Positions 25,600 through 40,840 are shown, counted from the first letter of the stretch. The stretch: DNA of 64,000 bases from Octopus sinensis (GCF_006345805.1 NC_043013.1:18662001-18726000), one strand, 5' to 3'. Numbers and translations: made by a program. The notes: generated from the sequence alone by a model not told the origin.

Positions 25600-28135
25600 G
25601 TGGATGACAGATTTAGAGGTAGAAGAGGTCACAAGAGAAGCGGAAAATAAAAACCAGGCAGTGGGAAAGACAAACAAACAGCAGAAGAGAAACAGCTCAA
25701 ACTAAAGAAGAACCTAAAGGAAAAAATAACAATAGCGTTACCAATAGGGAAGGGACAACTGGCACCAACGACTTAAGTGATTTAAGAGAGGAGGATCAGA
25801 AGATTTTAGATGAGTTGCTGGAAGTAATGAGTAAAGAAGTAAGAAAAAGATTGCCAGCTTTAGAAAACACCAACAGAAGGAAGCTGCTTGAAATGATTAG
25901 GAAAGCAGATTCTGTTATCAGTAGGATAGATACTAAAAATATAGGAGACATTGATTTATTGACCTATGCAGAAGAGTAGTAGTCACCAGAAGATTGGATA
26001 TCTCAAAGGGTAAGATTTTAAAAAATGTGGGAAAGGAGATTACAAAATAAAGTGAAGACTTTAATACAAAATCTGTGTAAAATAGAAGCCTGGAAAACAA
26101 ACTAGTTACGAAACCTAAGATGAAAATCTTCCCTCAAGAAAATGTACTAAGTCAAAGTAAAAGGATTTGGGACAGTAATAGAAGAGTTGAAACAGCGTAT
26201 CACAGCAGAAGCAGGCAAATTCTCCAGATATCAGAAAAGAATAGATCTGTATCAACAGAATAGAGTATTTGAGACAGACTAAAGAAGATTTTATAACCGA
26301 ATAAATAGTGGAGAACAAAGTACTGAAGATGAGAAACCTAATGCAAAAGAAGCTAGAAAGTTCTGAAGTAATATTTGGGATAAGCCTGTCAATCATAAAG
26401 AAATGCAGTATGGTAAGATCTAACATTAACTTGTGCATTAATGAGTAAAGGGTTAAGGAAAATGCCGAATTGGAAGGCTCGAGGACCAGATTTATTTCAA
26501 AGGTACTGGCTAAAGAAATTCAGTAGTTTACATGGGAGGCTGAGGGAACAACTTCAGGATTGCCTCAATGGAGGAATAATACCAGATTGCATGACTAGAG
26601 GGAGGACAATACTCATTATGAAAGATAAGAGCAACGGTAATACGGCTAGGAACTATAGACCAATCACTTGCTTACCATTAGTGTGCAAAGCTGTTAAGAA
26701 GAATGCTTTCAGAAAGCGTTTAGGAGCACCTTGACAACCAGGATCTACTACCAGAAGAACAGGTAGGTTGTATGAAGAAGGCTAAAGGAACGCATAATCT
26801 ATTATATATGGACAAAGCAGTTCTAAATGAATTAGAAGTTAGAAAGAAAATCTAACAATAGATTATAGGAAAGCCTATGATATAATCCTACACTCATGGA
26901 GAAGTGAATGTTTGAGTATATTCAGTATAGCAGATAACATGAGAACTAATTTGCTTTAGATCGCTACTCAGGTGACGCACACTTAGAGAAAGTTAATATC
27001 AAAAGAAGAATTTTCCAAAGGAACTCGTTGTCCTCTTTAATATTTGTCTTATGTTTGATCCCGCTCAGTTTAGTATTAAGATAGGCAAAGGCAGGGTATC
27101 AGTTCAGAAATAGAAATGGAGAAATTAACCATTTGCTCTACATGATGATCTGAAGTAAGAATGAAAATGAGACAGATTCCTTTATACAGACTGTAAGACT
27201 CTTGAGCAAAGATATTGGCATGGAATTTGGCATAGATAAGTGTGCAATATTAGTCATGAGAAGGGGACAGGTGGTCAACAGCGAAGGCAACCAATTACCA
27301 GATGGCCAGATATTGAAATCATTGAAAGGAGGAGAGAGTTATAAGTATCTAGAAATGTTAGAACTGGAGAGAGTACTAACTACAGAAATGAAAACGGAAG
27401 TTGAGAAGGAGTACATCAGAAGGGTAAGGAAGCTAATGAAGTCAAAGCTAAATTGTTCGAATTTAGTGAAGGCTGTAAATTAGTTTGGTAGATTGGACAA
27501 AAACTGAATCAGCAAAGGTAGACAGAAGAACTAGGAAGGAATTCAGTATGAATGGAGGATTCCACCCAAGGGCAGGAGAAGCAAGGTTATACCTACCTAG
27601 AAAGGAAAGCGGAAAAGGGTTAATATCAGTAGAAGACTCTGTGAAGTTAGCTAGAGTAGATATAGACTCCTATATAGGTGGCAGTGAAAAGGGTTTATTA
27701 AAAGATGCTAGATTCACAGCAAGACATAGATAAAGAAAATAGAAAGTGTCAGACAGTAGACTTTACAATTCCAAATGATGAAAAAATTAATGAGAAGTAT
27801 AGAAAAAATAGCAAATACCAGGACCTAGCTATTGAATTACAGAGCCTATGAATAGTGTGGGCAAAATGTATGCCAGTAGATATCGGTGCATTGGGAGCCA
27901 TCCCTAAAGATTTGATCAGATGCATAGAGGAAATAGGTATAAAACCCAGTTTTGTACAGCTGCAGAAAAGAGTGTTGTTAGGGACAGCTAGGATACTTAG
28001 GAGTGTTCTTGGTATCTGAGGTTACTTGTTGTAACCCAATAGGGGGGTTCTTGGCATCTAAGGCTTACTTGTTGCAGCCCGATGTTAGGATCCTTTTCTT
28101 TTCCAACAGTCTAAGCTGTTAACTGCATATGAAAA
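25600..28135 (+). mobile_element. R4/Dong-clade (RLE) LINE relic with an internal deletion
   Basis: RKRLPAL..RRKLLE; MPNWKARGPD..YWLKKF..NYRPITCLP; HLLYMDDLK; DIGMEFGIDKC; SYKYL; LYLPRKESGKGL; KYQDL..GALGAIPK..LQK.VLLGTARILR. (AAT)n on both sides. Confidence 0.9.
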
Positions 28136-28146
28136 TAATAACAATG

Positions 28147-28212
<66 letters not shown>

Positions 28213-28320
28213 TAATAATAATAATAATAATAATAAAATAAAATAATAATAATAATAATAATAATGATAATAATAATAATAATAATAGTAATAATAATGA
28301 TAATGATAATAATAATGATA
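28135..28320. repeat. (AAT)n array
   Basis: Read directly. Confidence 0.95.
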
Positions 28321-29455
28321 ATCCTTTATACTTTATAGTAGTAGTAGTAGTAGTAGTAGTAGTAGCAGTAGTTGTTCTAATAGTAGTAGTATAATATTTC
28401 CTTACGTTCAATTGGTTTTTATATATACTGCTAAGACCTTCCTAAATCTGTTGAATAAATATCTTTCTATCTCCACATAAATATAAAACATTCAACAAAA
28501 AGAATCTTTTACTGCTTCCATGATTAATATATACAGGAGAAACCTTACAAGCAAAAACTTACAAAATGTTATCCCCCACCATTCACTATATATAATTGTA
28601 ATAATAATACAGCTCGCCTTCTCAATGATATGTGTATTTGTAAAGGCTTAACATATTGAGGAAATCTCTCTCTCTCTCTCGCACACACACAAATGACTGT
28701 GTTACAAAAAGCTATACAGGATGGCCAAAGAAAATTGATCTCAAGACATGTAAATATTCAAGTGTTCGGAAAGGTGATTCACCACTTCACTTTCCAAATA
28801 TATCAGAAACCTAAAGGGCAATAATTTTGATAATTACAAGATTGTTTTTTTCTAGCATGGAACGACACATGTCTGATAGTAATGATACAAAATGTTTTTT
28901 CTCTTCCTTTTCTGAGAGGTAAGATATATTGCAACTTCCACATTTTGAACAGAAAATCCGAGTCAGTTCATTCATCCAGATTATTTCATCGTTATTTATT
29001 ACGAAATTTCCAACTTATTACTAGTTAGCGGTTATCATTCTTATAAAAAAAAAACAGCTTCATTATACTCTGGGAACATTTTTTTATTTCAAAACCATTT
29101 GATTTACCAAAATCATTTTTTTCATATCATATTTTAAAATATTGATTTTAAGACTCTGATGTACAAGAAATACACTCGCTTCACCATGTATCTCTTCCCA
29201 CTGTACTCCAGGCTATGAGACATGATGTCTCTTTCATGTGTTTTCAAATATTCTAGAGCGTATGTCCCCCTTCCTTAAATCGTTTGTCTCATCCGGACGA
29301 TGAAACTTAGAATTATGATTCAGTAACACTCAACCAATGATAAAATATATATATTCTAACATGTTATCCAGTATTTTCTTTCTCTTTCTAAATATAATCG
29401 TTCATAATTCTCTTCTCTGTGTGTTTGTGTGTGTACACATATACACATTCGAATA

Positions 29456-29494
<39 letters not shown>

Positions 29495-29654
29495 CCAGAT
29501 TTCTGTAAATGTGTATAGAATAATATATCAGTTGAATAAAGTTAAAAACGGTTTGGTTTACACGCTTTTTATTATGATATTTCAAAAAATACAAATTTTT
29601 TACTATGTTGCAGCGTGTTAAATATTTAAAAATATGTTTTATAAAGTCCATAAA

Positions 29655-30810
29655 GTTCAATTAGCGCTTTCATACGTTCGTAGTAATCATCAGATTTCAA
29701 AATGTATTTAACTGACATTTGAGATCTTGACAACTGTAGTAAAATGACTAACTTCCTTTTTGTACCGCGCCTATATATAATTCCTCGCAATTCGGGTATT
29801 TAATGCAGTAGATCAAATTTCTGCATTTGCTAAAATCTCTCCAAATTCTGTTCTAATGAATCTACTAGTATGCATGTATTGACACGTTCTAGATCTGTTA
29901 TTAGTACACTTGGATACTGTGAATGTTTTATCCTGTTTGTTCATGTCGAATTTTGCCTTTGTTAATAGTTTCTTTAGGTTATGTGGTTGCCTTTTGCTCA
30001 AGATAAGTGTTAGATTAGTTATGTTTTTTTAAAAAAAGTTTTCACTCTGTTTCATGATTGTCAAATTTGTTTTGATGATGTTAAAAATGTTCTGGTGATG
30101 CGGATTGTGTGTTACTAGAAATGGTATTGTGTTCCATTGATGAGTTCGTCTTTCTCGTGTTGCACTAATTTGTTCTATAGGTGTCGTTTTTGCTCGTGTA
30201 TGCTATTTTCTATAAGTAGGAGAGGGTAACTTTGCTTTAGCAGAAATCCTTAGAGTTCTATAAGTCGTATGTTCCTGGTATTTAGATCATCTACTATAGT
30301 ACAAATTTTGTTGGCTAGACATTACGGGATGTTGCGTTTTGTGTGTGTTGGGTGGCATAATTTGAAATCTAGGTACTGGAGTGTATCTGTCTTTCTGTAA
30401 TAAATATCAGTTGTGATTGTGGTGTTGTTTTTAAACACATTTGGAAAGTGTTAATACATGCATACTAGTAGATCCATTAGAACAAAAAATGGACAGATTT
30501 TGGCAAATAGAGATATGAGCTGCAAAAGCAGAAATTTGATCTACTGCATTTAAATACCCGAATTGTGAGGAACTATATTTTGGCGAGACAGGGAATGCAT
30601 TATCGGAATGCTCACGAGTCCACAGACAACAAACCCGAAATGCTGATATTCGCCAGATTCCATTGAGTGAACATATAGAACACGTGGTCAGAAAATGTTT
30701 CTAACTTTTCCTTTCGACAAACTACACGACACAAATGAGGCTGGAAGAAAGATAAAAGAAAAACGGTTTACTAAAATGTTTAAACCTGTTCTGAACGGAA
30801 ATAACAAGAA
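29655..30810 (-). mobile_element. Penelope-like element (RT thumb to GIY-YIG) with an inverted GIY-YIG segment at its 5' side
   Basis: Minus: TDIYYRKTDTLQYLDFKLCHPTHTKRNIP..KRQPHNLKKLLTKAKF. Plus 30450-30800: ILANRDMSCKSRNLIYC..RQIPLSEHI..KEKRF..FKPVLN. 29770-29890 and 30450-30580 are diverged inverted copies. Confidence 0.85.
29659..29697 (-). ncRNA. minimal hammerhead-like motif
   Basis: Minus strand: aaat CUGAUGA uuac-uacgaac-guau GAAA GCGCU A auu, with palindromic AGCGCU; short stems. Confidence 0.4.
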
Positions 30811-31599
30811 TAATATAATATAATGATATCCCTTGTTTATCATACCTAGTGCGCCAACAATTACAGGAACAATTCTCGTTTAAGATGCCACATCTTTTGT
30901 ATTTCAATTTCCAGGTCCTTATATTTATTTAATTTCTCAAATTGCTTTACACATATATTTTCATCCGTGGGAACACTTACATCTATTAGTCTACAAGTGT
31001 ATTCTTCGCAGTCTTTTATAATTATGTCTGGCCGATTAACCTGGATCGTTCTGTCAGTGTCGACTATAAAATCCAGAGGATAGCGACATTTTTACCTACA
31101 ACCACAGGCTCGGGTTGTTGCTTAAGCAAGAGAGCTGATTTTGTAGTGTTTACATATTTTCCAATGTAAATACTGTCCTAAACTATCGTGGCGATTTTTG
31201 TATTTGTTTGGTGTCAGCACAGGAAATCCCGCGACGAGATGGTCTATTGTTTCATCAAATTTATCGCAGAATCTGCATTTAGGGTCAGAACCGTTCTGAA
31301 GGAGGTTAGCTTGGTAGCGATTTTGTAGGCAAGCTTTGATTTTGTGCCGCCAATATGAAACTATTCTTCTTCTTCTTCTTCTTCTCTTTTCTTCTTCTTC
31401 TTTCTTCTTCTTCTTCTTCTCTTCTTCTTCTCTTCTTCTTCTTCTTCTTCTTCTTCTTCTTCTTCTTCTTTATCTTCTTCTTGTTTATTATTATATCCAT
31501 CATCATCATCATCATCATCATCTCATCATCATCATCATCATTATCATTATTATTATTATTATTATATTATTATATTATTATTATTATTATATTATTATT

Positions 31600-32330
31600 A
31601 TTATTAAGTACCAGTATGTGGCAAAAATATCCTCGTTTCAAACAGATATTTCCTCAGCCGCCTATTGTAGCCTTTAGACGGAATAATAATAAGAGAATTA
31701 TTGACCTCTATATCTGACTCCAAGAAAACGGACATTGTACCTTAAAAAATAGCCGCAAGGAAGGTAAGCCCTGTTCATTGTGCAACAACATGAGTGAAGT
31801 GAATTCCATCAGAAATCATAACAGAAATATTATGAATTATACAGAAGGTGGAACATGTAAAGATTCCCATTTGGTGTATGCTGCAGAATGCACGAAACAC
31901 AACTTAATTTATGTTGGATGTACAACAGAACAATTCAACAGGTTTAACAGTAGTTCGACAGAACTTGCTGAACATTTCGTTTCAAACGGTTGCAATTTTG
32001 AAGAAGACTTGAAGGTGCATATTCTCAGAAAGTATTCTGAATCTGCTTCATTTTCAGTTCTCAGAATATATGAGGAGAAATATGTTTGCAGGTTATTAAC
32101 ATCAAGCCCTGGAGGAATGAATGACAGGAGAATATCATCAAATTTATACAAAACTGTTTGATAAAATATTCTTCTTTCTCTCTCTTTCTTTCCTTTTTTC
32201 TGTCGTCTTCTTTTTTCTGTTTTTCTGTCTTTTTCTTTTCGCTTGATATAAAATTGTGACTTAAAACCTAAAGATGCCTTTCCATCAACGTGTGGACTCT
32301 GGTTGCTTTCGTTCATAATTTACGATAAAA
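31600..32330 (+). mobile_element. Penelope-like element 3' part (GIY-YIG)
   Basis: FKQIFPQPPIVAFRR..CSLC..TCKDSHLVYAAECTKHNLIYVGCT..LAEHF..EEKYVCRLLTSSPGGMN. Confidence 0.85.
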
Positions 32331-32450
32331 GTTCTGCAATTTTGAACTTTTATCCCTTCTTATTTTGAACTTGTCAAAGACAGACGTACTGTTGAAATAT
32401 CGTTCAACTAATAAAATACCTTACAATCGAATCGCACTCTTCGTCTTCGC

Positions 32451-32487
<37 letters not shown>

Positions 32488-32491
32488 ATCA

Positions 32492-32551
<60 letters not shown>

Positions 32552-32569
32552 TATTATTATTATTATTAT

Positions 32570-32660
32570 TATCAAACGGGTGGTCATGTTGGGTATATTG
32601 GGCTTCGTATATTTTATCGCAGTGTCACTTTGATGGCATATGTATTGCTCTCTCGCTCAA
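32570..32660 (+). mobile_element. terminal fragment of the ~560-bp AAT-associated element
   Basis: Matches 55185-55271; lies inside a (TAT)n array. Confidence 0.75.
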
Positions 32661-32701
<41 letters not shown>

Positions 32702-33187
32702 GAAAAGTGTAAAAACACAAACTGAAATTCTAAACACATAATGATGATGATTATCCTTTATTTATCCTTAATGTTCTCTAGTTAAAACTATTTAAATTCA
32801 TATGCTATTAATACACTTTATAAAGCATTTTCTAAATAATACATCTTTTGACTTTATGTAAAAAAAAAAGAGTCTGCTTAAACGATTTTCATTTGATTTA
32901 ACTATTGAGTTAGATGAATACAGTAAAGCCGAGGCACCAGTTTGGATCAAAACCATATTGAAGAACTAATAAAGCCATAATAGCTGTCTGTGATGGAAGA
33001 TTAAGTTATTCTGGTGTTATTCTTATTACATTAAAACTATTTCGAGACGTTTCAAGTCAAAAGTACATGCGAGCTATCTTGACAGAGAAATGTCATTCTG
33101 AGGGGTTGGTAGTAGTAGTAATAACAGCAGCAGCAGCAGTAGCAGCAGCAGCAGCACTGTTACTATAACCACCAGCAGCAACAGTAG

Positions 33188-33385
33188 TGGAGGCGTAATG
33201 GCCCAGTGGTTAGAGCAGCGGACTCGCGGTCGGAGGATCGCGGTTTCGATTCCCAGACCGGGCGTTGTGTGTGTTTATTGAGCGAAAACACCTAAAGCTC
33301 CATGAGGATCCAGCAGGGGGTGGGGTGGTGGTGGCGGCTCCTGTTGTACTCTTTCGTCACTACTTTCTCTCACTCTTTCTTCCTG
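33188..33385 (+). mobile_element. SINE family C, 5' part
   Basis: tggaggcgtaatggcccagtggttagagcagcggactcg..ggtttcgattcccagaccgggcg. Confidence 0.85.
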
Positions 33386-33652
33386 AAACCTATTTGAAAA
33401 TGATACCAGGCTTACTATCCCTACAGGAATTGCAAAAAATCTTGTTACCTGTGACGACTGATGTACTGAGAAGAGCATTATCACTGTAAAAACAATATCC
33501 ATTCATAAATTTATTTATTCATTAATTTTTAAATACATATTTTACCTGTGAATTTGCGTGTGTAATCTGGGAATGCATACAATGAGCTTCTCTGCCCTAG
33601 GTGTACGGAAAACACTCGGCGAGAAACTGAAGAAAATTTGATGAAAGAAGGA

Positions 33653-33655
<3 letters not shown>
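33386..33655 (+). mobile_element. 5'-truncated R4/Dong 3' end
   Basis: YLKMIPGLLSLQELQKILLPVTTDVLRRALSL*, then a 3' UTR, then (AAT)n. Confidence 0.75.
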
Positions 33656-33699
<44 letters not shown>

Positions 33700-33754
33700 G
33701 CATCCACTGTTAATCCAGCAGAACGTCATTAAAGTATTAGAACCAGCGGTTCTA

Positions 33755-35255
33755 ATACCTAGGGGTATTTGAAGGGAACAGAATCAAACATTTAGTGATG
33801 AAGGAAATGGGCAGGAGAGAATGTTATCGCAGGGTAAGGGCAATACTCAAGACAGAGCTGAATGTAAGAAACAGGATCAAGTGATCCATGTTTAGCCATA
33901 CCAGTCGTGACTGACAGTTTCAATATCATTAACTGGTCAATTACTGAAATATGTAATCTTGACAGAAAATACGAAAATTGTTGACAATGCATAAAATGCA
34001 CCAGCCTAAGGCAGATATAGAACAACTTTACCTGCCAAGAAAAGAGGGGGCCCGTGGACGTTTACAACTGGAATTAACAAAGAAAATTGCCACAATTGGC
34101 CTAGTCATTTACCTGAAAAACTCTGATGATTGGATGTTAAAACTTGTCTCAAAGCTTGAAAACAAGGAAGCATGATGCTCAGTAACAAAACAGGCAAAAG
34201 AATATCTAAGTGAATTCCAAATACAACGAATTCCAGACGTACTAGAAACAATCACAGAAAACGCTAAGCGTATGAAAACCAGTGCTAAAATTGCTGCTTT
34301 AGATATTCTGACTGATAAATGGCAAGAATAACCTATCAATGGTAAATACTCAATGAGCGCTAATAGTGCCGATGTTGATAAAGCCCTTACCCATCAATGG
34401 TTAGTGTCTTCTGGCTTAAAATCAGAAACCGAAGGGTTTACCATAGCCTCCCAAGATCAATGCCTACCTACAAGAAACTACCAGGCCAACATATTAAAGA
34501 ACGACAGTAGCCCAACATGTGTATGTCAACAAAAAAATGAAACTATTGATCATGTTGTCTTCATGTGCAGTCTTCTTGCGCCTACAGAATATCTCAACAA
34601 GCATGATAGAGCAGCACAATATATTCACTGAGTAATTTTCGAAACCCTGGAACTTCTCCATGATCAAAACTGATGGGAACACAAACCACCCCCAGTGCTT
34701 GAAAATGATCACATCTCACTCTACTGGAACTTCCCCATTCAAACTCACAGATAGATAGATGCAAATAGTCCAGATTTATATTGAAAGACTTTAGACAAAA
34801 ATCATGCCTCCTCATTGATATGACTGTCTCAATCGACATAAACATGTCTGTCAAGATCTACCAAAAGTTGAGCAAGTATAAAGATGTTGAAATAGAACTT
34901 GGCAAAATGTGGAACTTCAGGATTAAAACAATATCTTTTGTCATAGGTGCCCTAGGAATGATTGCAAAAGAGGTTGATAGCTACCTAGCTAAGATACAAG
35001 GAAGCCCCAAAATGGCAGAAATTCAAAAGATAGTGCTCATTGGAACTGCCCAAATCATACGTAAAATACTGTCTATGTAATCTCAAATGTTAAAATAAAC
35101 TCATAAGTTTCTTATATTTTCTTAAACATTCTCTTGAAGAATACCATGTGCAAAACCAAATATATGACAACATGACCTAACTTGTCTCTTGAGGTCTCTC
35201 GGTGAGATTTGGAGCCAACCTGTACAAATACAAAGCAAAGTCAAACATAAAAATA
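33755..35255 (+). mobile_element. 5'-truncated R4/Dong LINE (RT end, CCHC, RLE)
   Basis: YLGVFEG..LYLPRKEGARG..GLKSETEGFTIASQDQCLPT..C..NETIDHV..C..HDRAA..PDL..LLIDMTV..KYKD..VIGALG..IQKIVLIGTA. Follows and ends in (AAT)n. Confidence 0.92.
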
Positions 35256-35293
35256 ATAATAATGTTAATAATAATAATGATAATAATAACAAC

Positions 35294-35325
<32 letters not shown>

Positions 35326-35331
35326 TATAAT

Positions 35332-35462
35332 AAAGCCCTGATGCAGTATCATGCAATGGCTTCTGATCTTAACTGATTGGATATGTTATGTACATTGTTT
35401 TGTCTTGGTATAAAAGATGGGCTACACACAAATATTCTACTCAATACCACAGATTTGCTTTT
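35332..35462 (+). mobile_element. left-end fragment of the ~560-bp AAT-associated element
   Basis: Matches 54715-54850. Confidence 0.8.
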
Positions 35463-36091
35463 CAAGAGTTGGGCAGCAGAAAATGTTGGTCTTTGTACTG
35501 GTTACATAATTTATCCTTGATGTCAGCCTCTGGTTTGATTGTCTTAATTTTGAAAGTGTAAATGTTTCGGTTTTCATGTTATGCAAAAATAAAAATAAAA
35601 ACCCTAAACAATCAAAAACAATTTTTGTTTATGCTTTTGGCCCAAGACTTGGAAATCCAGTTGGAGCAAGCTTTTCTAGGATTAGGGGTTATTAGCTATG
35701 AGAAATAGTAAATCGATTAATGTAATACGAAAATATAAAAATCATAAAAATATACTTTTTGTTTCCATAAAGAACCAACAATGTATAAAATGGAGAGTAA
35801 GTACTCCGAAAGAGGTTTAAACATAGAGAGAAGGGCAGAACATTGGAGAGAAAACGATTAGAAACATGGCAAATCCAAAAGGGAATTCTAAAATATATTG
35901 ATAAGTAAGGGAAAGACAATCACTCTTAGCCACTAATTCGTGTATGGATAACTGATTTGTATTTTGCAAATAATAAAATTCCATAGTTATTCCACTATAG
36001 GAGACGGTAATGTTACAGCCACTGTTTCACTTTCCAAATTAATTTCATGGGTACAAGTACACACTCACACACATATACGCACACACATGCA

Positions 36092-36195
<104 letters not shown>

Positions 36196-36282
36196 TATAT
36201 ATACATATAGACATATACACACATACATAAATGCATGCATACATACATGCATACATACATACATACACACACACATATACAC

Positions 36283-36317
<35 letters not shown>

Positions 36318-37023
36318 CCTGTATAATGTTATGTAACGGCTATTTGCATGATAATATATTCTAAGTATCAGAATTATATTACAAAAATACCTCAATGAAA
36401 ACCTGCGATGCACAGAACATACTTCAAACAACCAATATATATGAACATTTCAATGGAAACATGAAAGCTTTAAATTTTATGACTCAAAGGTTACATGGAA
36501 CAGTCAAATCCGGCACTTTCTGCTCGATTTAAGGCGATATTACAGCACATTCTAATAAAGAAAACGAAACAAAAATAGGTAGAAAATCATGACTAGAAAT
36601 CACCGCGCTCATACATAGATTTTCACAAAATTCGGGAATAGAAGCATTGAATACATGATTTATTTCAAAATACAATTGAAAACTCAAACCACAGACACAG
36701 TACACACGTGAAATGAACCACGAATGTAATTGGAATTTAAGTCCTAAACATATTTACGTACGGCAGTAATTATTTTAACACTTACAGTGCCATTCCTGTA
36801 ATTGTTTTTGGCCTAATACAGAACGCATCAATAACGTACAGATACTATCGTTAATTTCAATCTAAGAAGGCTAGAAGGTATAGTGACTTTAATGGTAATG
36901 GAAAATAGGAATAAGAAATCTTAATAAAAGATTTTGATTCGACTAGCCCTGACATATATATATATATATGTACATATGTATATATATATATATGTATATA
37001 TATGTATATATATTATATATATA

Positions 37024-37079
<56 letters not shown>

Positions 37080-37350
37080 TATTGTGAATATATGTATATA
37101 TATATATATGTCTGTATATATTCATTTGTATTTATGTATACATACACATACACACATAAACGGCATAGGGGTAGTGTTACATAGTTAAATTATTGCCTTT
37201 GGGATTAACACGCAAACAAAACACATGTAGATACAAACACACACACTCATATATTATATATATATATATATATATATTTGTATATGTATGTATATATATG
37301 TGTATATATATTGATATATTATATATATATGACGTACATACATAACATAA

Positions 37351-37454
<104 letters not shown>

Positions 37455-37457
37455 TAC

Positions 37458-37503
<46 letters not shown>

Positions 37504-38319
37504 TAGATATGGCTATATATTGTTTTTAATGTATGTTTTAATATACGCATATTATATGTATTCCAACGCCCACTTATCTACGAAACGGTAAAACGTTGTT
37601 GTTCTCTCAGAAAACGGTAAGAGGGTCATGTATTTTTCGGTACAGTACAATGCATTAAGAATTTGATGCTACGTGGACAAATGGAATCAGACTGATTAAG
37701 TTTCAAATATACTGGCATTCAGTAGCAGAGTCTACCAAGTACATTTGGTATATAACTTGGTCCTTGACACAAACCAAAAAGAACTGATTGATGGAAGCTT
37801 TTAACATCTCTACAAAATGGAACAGATTGGCCAGCAAAAACCTTTGCTTCCATATGAGAAATGACTGCATATTAAAATTTTACTTTGGTAAAAAAAAAAA
37901 TTCATAATCGCTAAAATAACTTTGGCAATGAAAGTAGATATCGTAGAAAGCATAAGAGTCTTTGAACTCCAAATGTGACAATTTTAATGTACCATTTCCG
38001 TAATTAGAATCAGTCTGATGACGTACTTTGGTTTTGGTGAAGGTTTTAGAAATATTTTGGTTTAATGGACACACATAGACTCAAACATACACGCATGCAC
38101 ACACACACACATGCATACACTCAGAAATGCATTCTGCGTCTATGCATACATAGTACTTTCATATATGTATATAGACACACAGACACACAGACACATAACA
38201 TTATATATATATGTGCGTGAATGTATTTGTGTGTATTGTGTGTATGTATGTGTCTATATATGCATTATATATATATATATATATATATATAATACATTAT
38301 ATACATATATACATATATG

Positions 38320-38357
<38 letters not shown>

Positions 38358-39002
38358 TATATATGTGTGTGTGTATATTATGAATATATTCACGTGTACA
38401 TGTATATACACACAACTATACACATAAATGCGTACTTACACGCACAAGTGCACGCATACACGCACACACACATGACATATGCATATATATATATATATAT
38501 ATATATAAATATATATATATATATTATGTGTGTGTGTGTGTGTGTAAGGTTATACTTTTAAACCAAATTTACGAATAACACCAAGGCTTTTACTAATAGA
38601 AGACAATACTGAGAGGGGGATCAAATTTATCATATAATTCGTGTTGACAGCAGACGAAAGACCATAGAGGCGAAATATTTGTAAAAGAATAACCGATGTG
38701 TTTCAGGCTCATTTAAATAGTTCTTAACGATTTTACTTCAAATTTTAATTTCCTTTTTGGTGGCGATTCAGTTTGTTCCTTTTCAGCAATTTTCAGATTC
38801 GAAATATATACTGTCCATGCAGAGGCTTCTGGCTCCGCAGCCGTTCTTTTTTGCAATCTTTTTGACCCGTTTTGATTGTCTGGAGGCAGTGGTCCTAGGT
38901 TCTTCATCGCCGAGTTCTTACGAATTTGCAAGCTTCATTGACAACGTATTATTATTATTAATATTATTATAATATATTATTATTATTATTAAAATTATTT
39001 TA

Positions 39003-39039
<37 letters not shown>

Positions 39040-39070
39040 TATTATTATTATTATATTTATTGCTGTTGTT

Positions 39071-39128
<58 letters not shown>

Positions 39129-40446
39129 GCATACATACATGTGTGTGTGTGTATGTATGTAAGTATAAACTTACATATATGTTTATGTATTTATCTGTGT
39201 GTGTTGGATGTATTTATATATTACAGACTCTCTCTCTACCTCTTTCTCACTTATCCATATATTCGCCTAGAAACACGTACATAAATAGGAGTAAATGACA
39301 TGTGATATATATATATATATGTGTGTGTGACTTTTCAAGCGACTATTTGGAGCTTAAATGAATTTTTGAATCTTTCGATGCGGTAATTGAAACCAGGAAT
39401 TGGTTAACGAAAAATCTTCCCCTTGCTCTGGTGGACATTCTTGTAGTTTGTACTTACAGAACTACGTGTATGGGATTGTTTTATAGCAACAACAGGAACT
39501 GCAACAACACTAACAGCAGCAGTAGCAGCAGCACAAACAAGAACAACAACAGCAGCAGCAGCAACAACAACAACAACAACAACAGCAACACAAGAACATG
39601 AATGCTAATAATAAAATGAACAAGAACATTAAAGACCTCGGCTTCTACAATAACTAAGAACAATAACAACAGCAGGAATATCAACAACAACAACAATAGT
39701 AACAATAACAATAACAACATAAAAAAAATTGCAACAACAATGAACAATCGAAATAAAAATAAACAGGAGGAACAATCAATCACAGAAAGAAAAAGAATTG
39801 GAAAAAAAAACAAACAATAATAATAATAAAAGGAAAAATAAAACTCACAGCAAAATTCAATCAACAGATCAATAATTACAGATTCGAACGAAAATCATAA
39901 ATTTGTCATGTTAGAAGTGTGGAAAAGGGTGGAGCGGAGGAAGTATTGGTGGCGAGGTGGAAGGTAAAACGAGGAATCCCTCCCACGCTCTCTCCTCCCA
40001 ACGTTGAGCTCCGCTATGGAACATGGTTTTGTTGCAGTTTGTCATTGAACTTTGGTGTTGAGCTACAAAAGGAAATGGTCTGTGCAGACACGGACGACTG
40101 GCTCTTTCTTTAGAAGCTGAAAAATGGTAGCATAACCGGCCAGATAACGAGAAAGAAAGCCACAGCAAGCAGAGGAAAGAGACAGAATCAGCCGTCATAA
40201 GAATGTTGGAAATGGTGTCTAAGACGACAATGATACAAGATGGAGGAAATTCTATTTGAGTTTGTCTTAGTAAAAATAGAAGTGTTATTTTTAGGTTGTT
40301 CTTCTTTAGCCTGTAGATTTTGTTGTTTTCCCCAAGTCTTTTGATATTCCGATGATTGTTACATCATGACGGCATGGGAGTCGAGAAGAGCAGAAACGGA
40401 GAAAGCGAGACAGAAAGAAGCAAAGAGAGAGAGAGAGAGAGAAGGA

Positions 40447-40478
<32 letters not shown>

Positions 40479-40599
40479 GAGTGAGAGAGAGAGGGGGGGA
40501 ACAGAGAGAGTGCGAGAAACGAAAAGTGAGTAAGAAAGAAACACACACAGTGAAATAGTGTGCAAAACACACACGCACATACACACGTGTGTGTGTATA

Positions 40600-40665
<66 letters not shown>

Positions 40666-40840
40666 CTGCTGATAGAGTATGTAAAAGAAATAAAGACAGA
40701 TGTATATATATATATGTGGTGTGTGTGTGAGTGTATGTATGTATGCGTGTGTGTATGTGTGTGTGTAAATGTATATATACATTCACACTCATGTAGTGCA
40801 CGCGTACGCATACATGTATATATTATATATATATATATAT

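Noticed and set aside
29110-29330. Minus-strand exon ..ALEYLKTHERDIMSHSLEYSGKRY..
   Set aside because: It needs a frameshift, has poor splice sites and has no recognisable homology.
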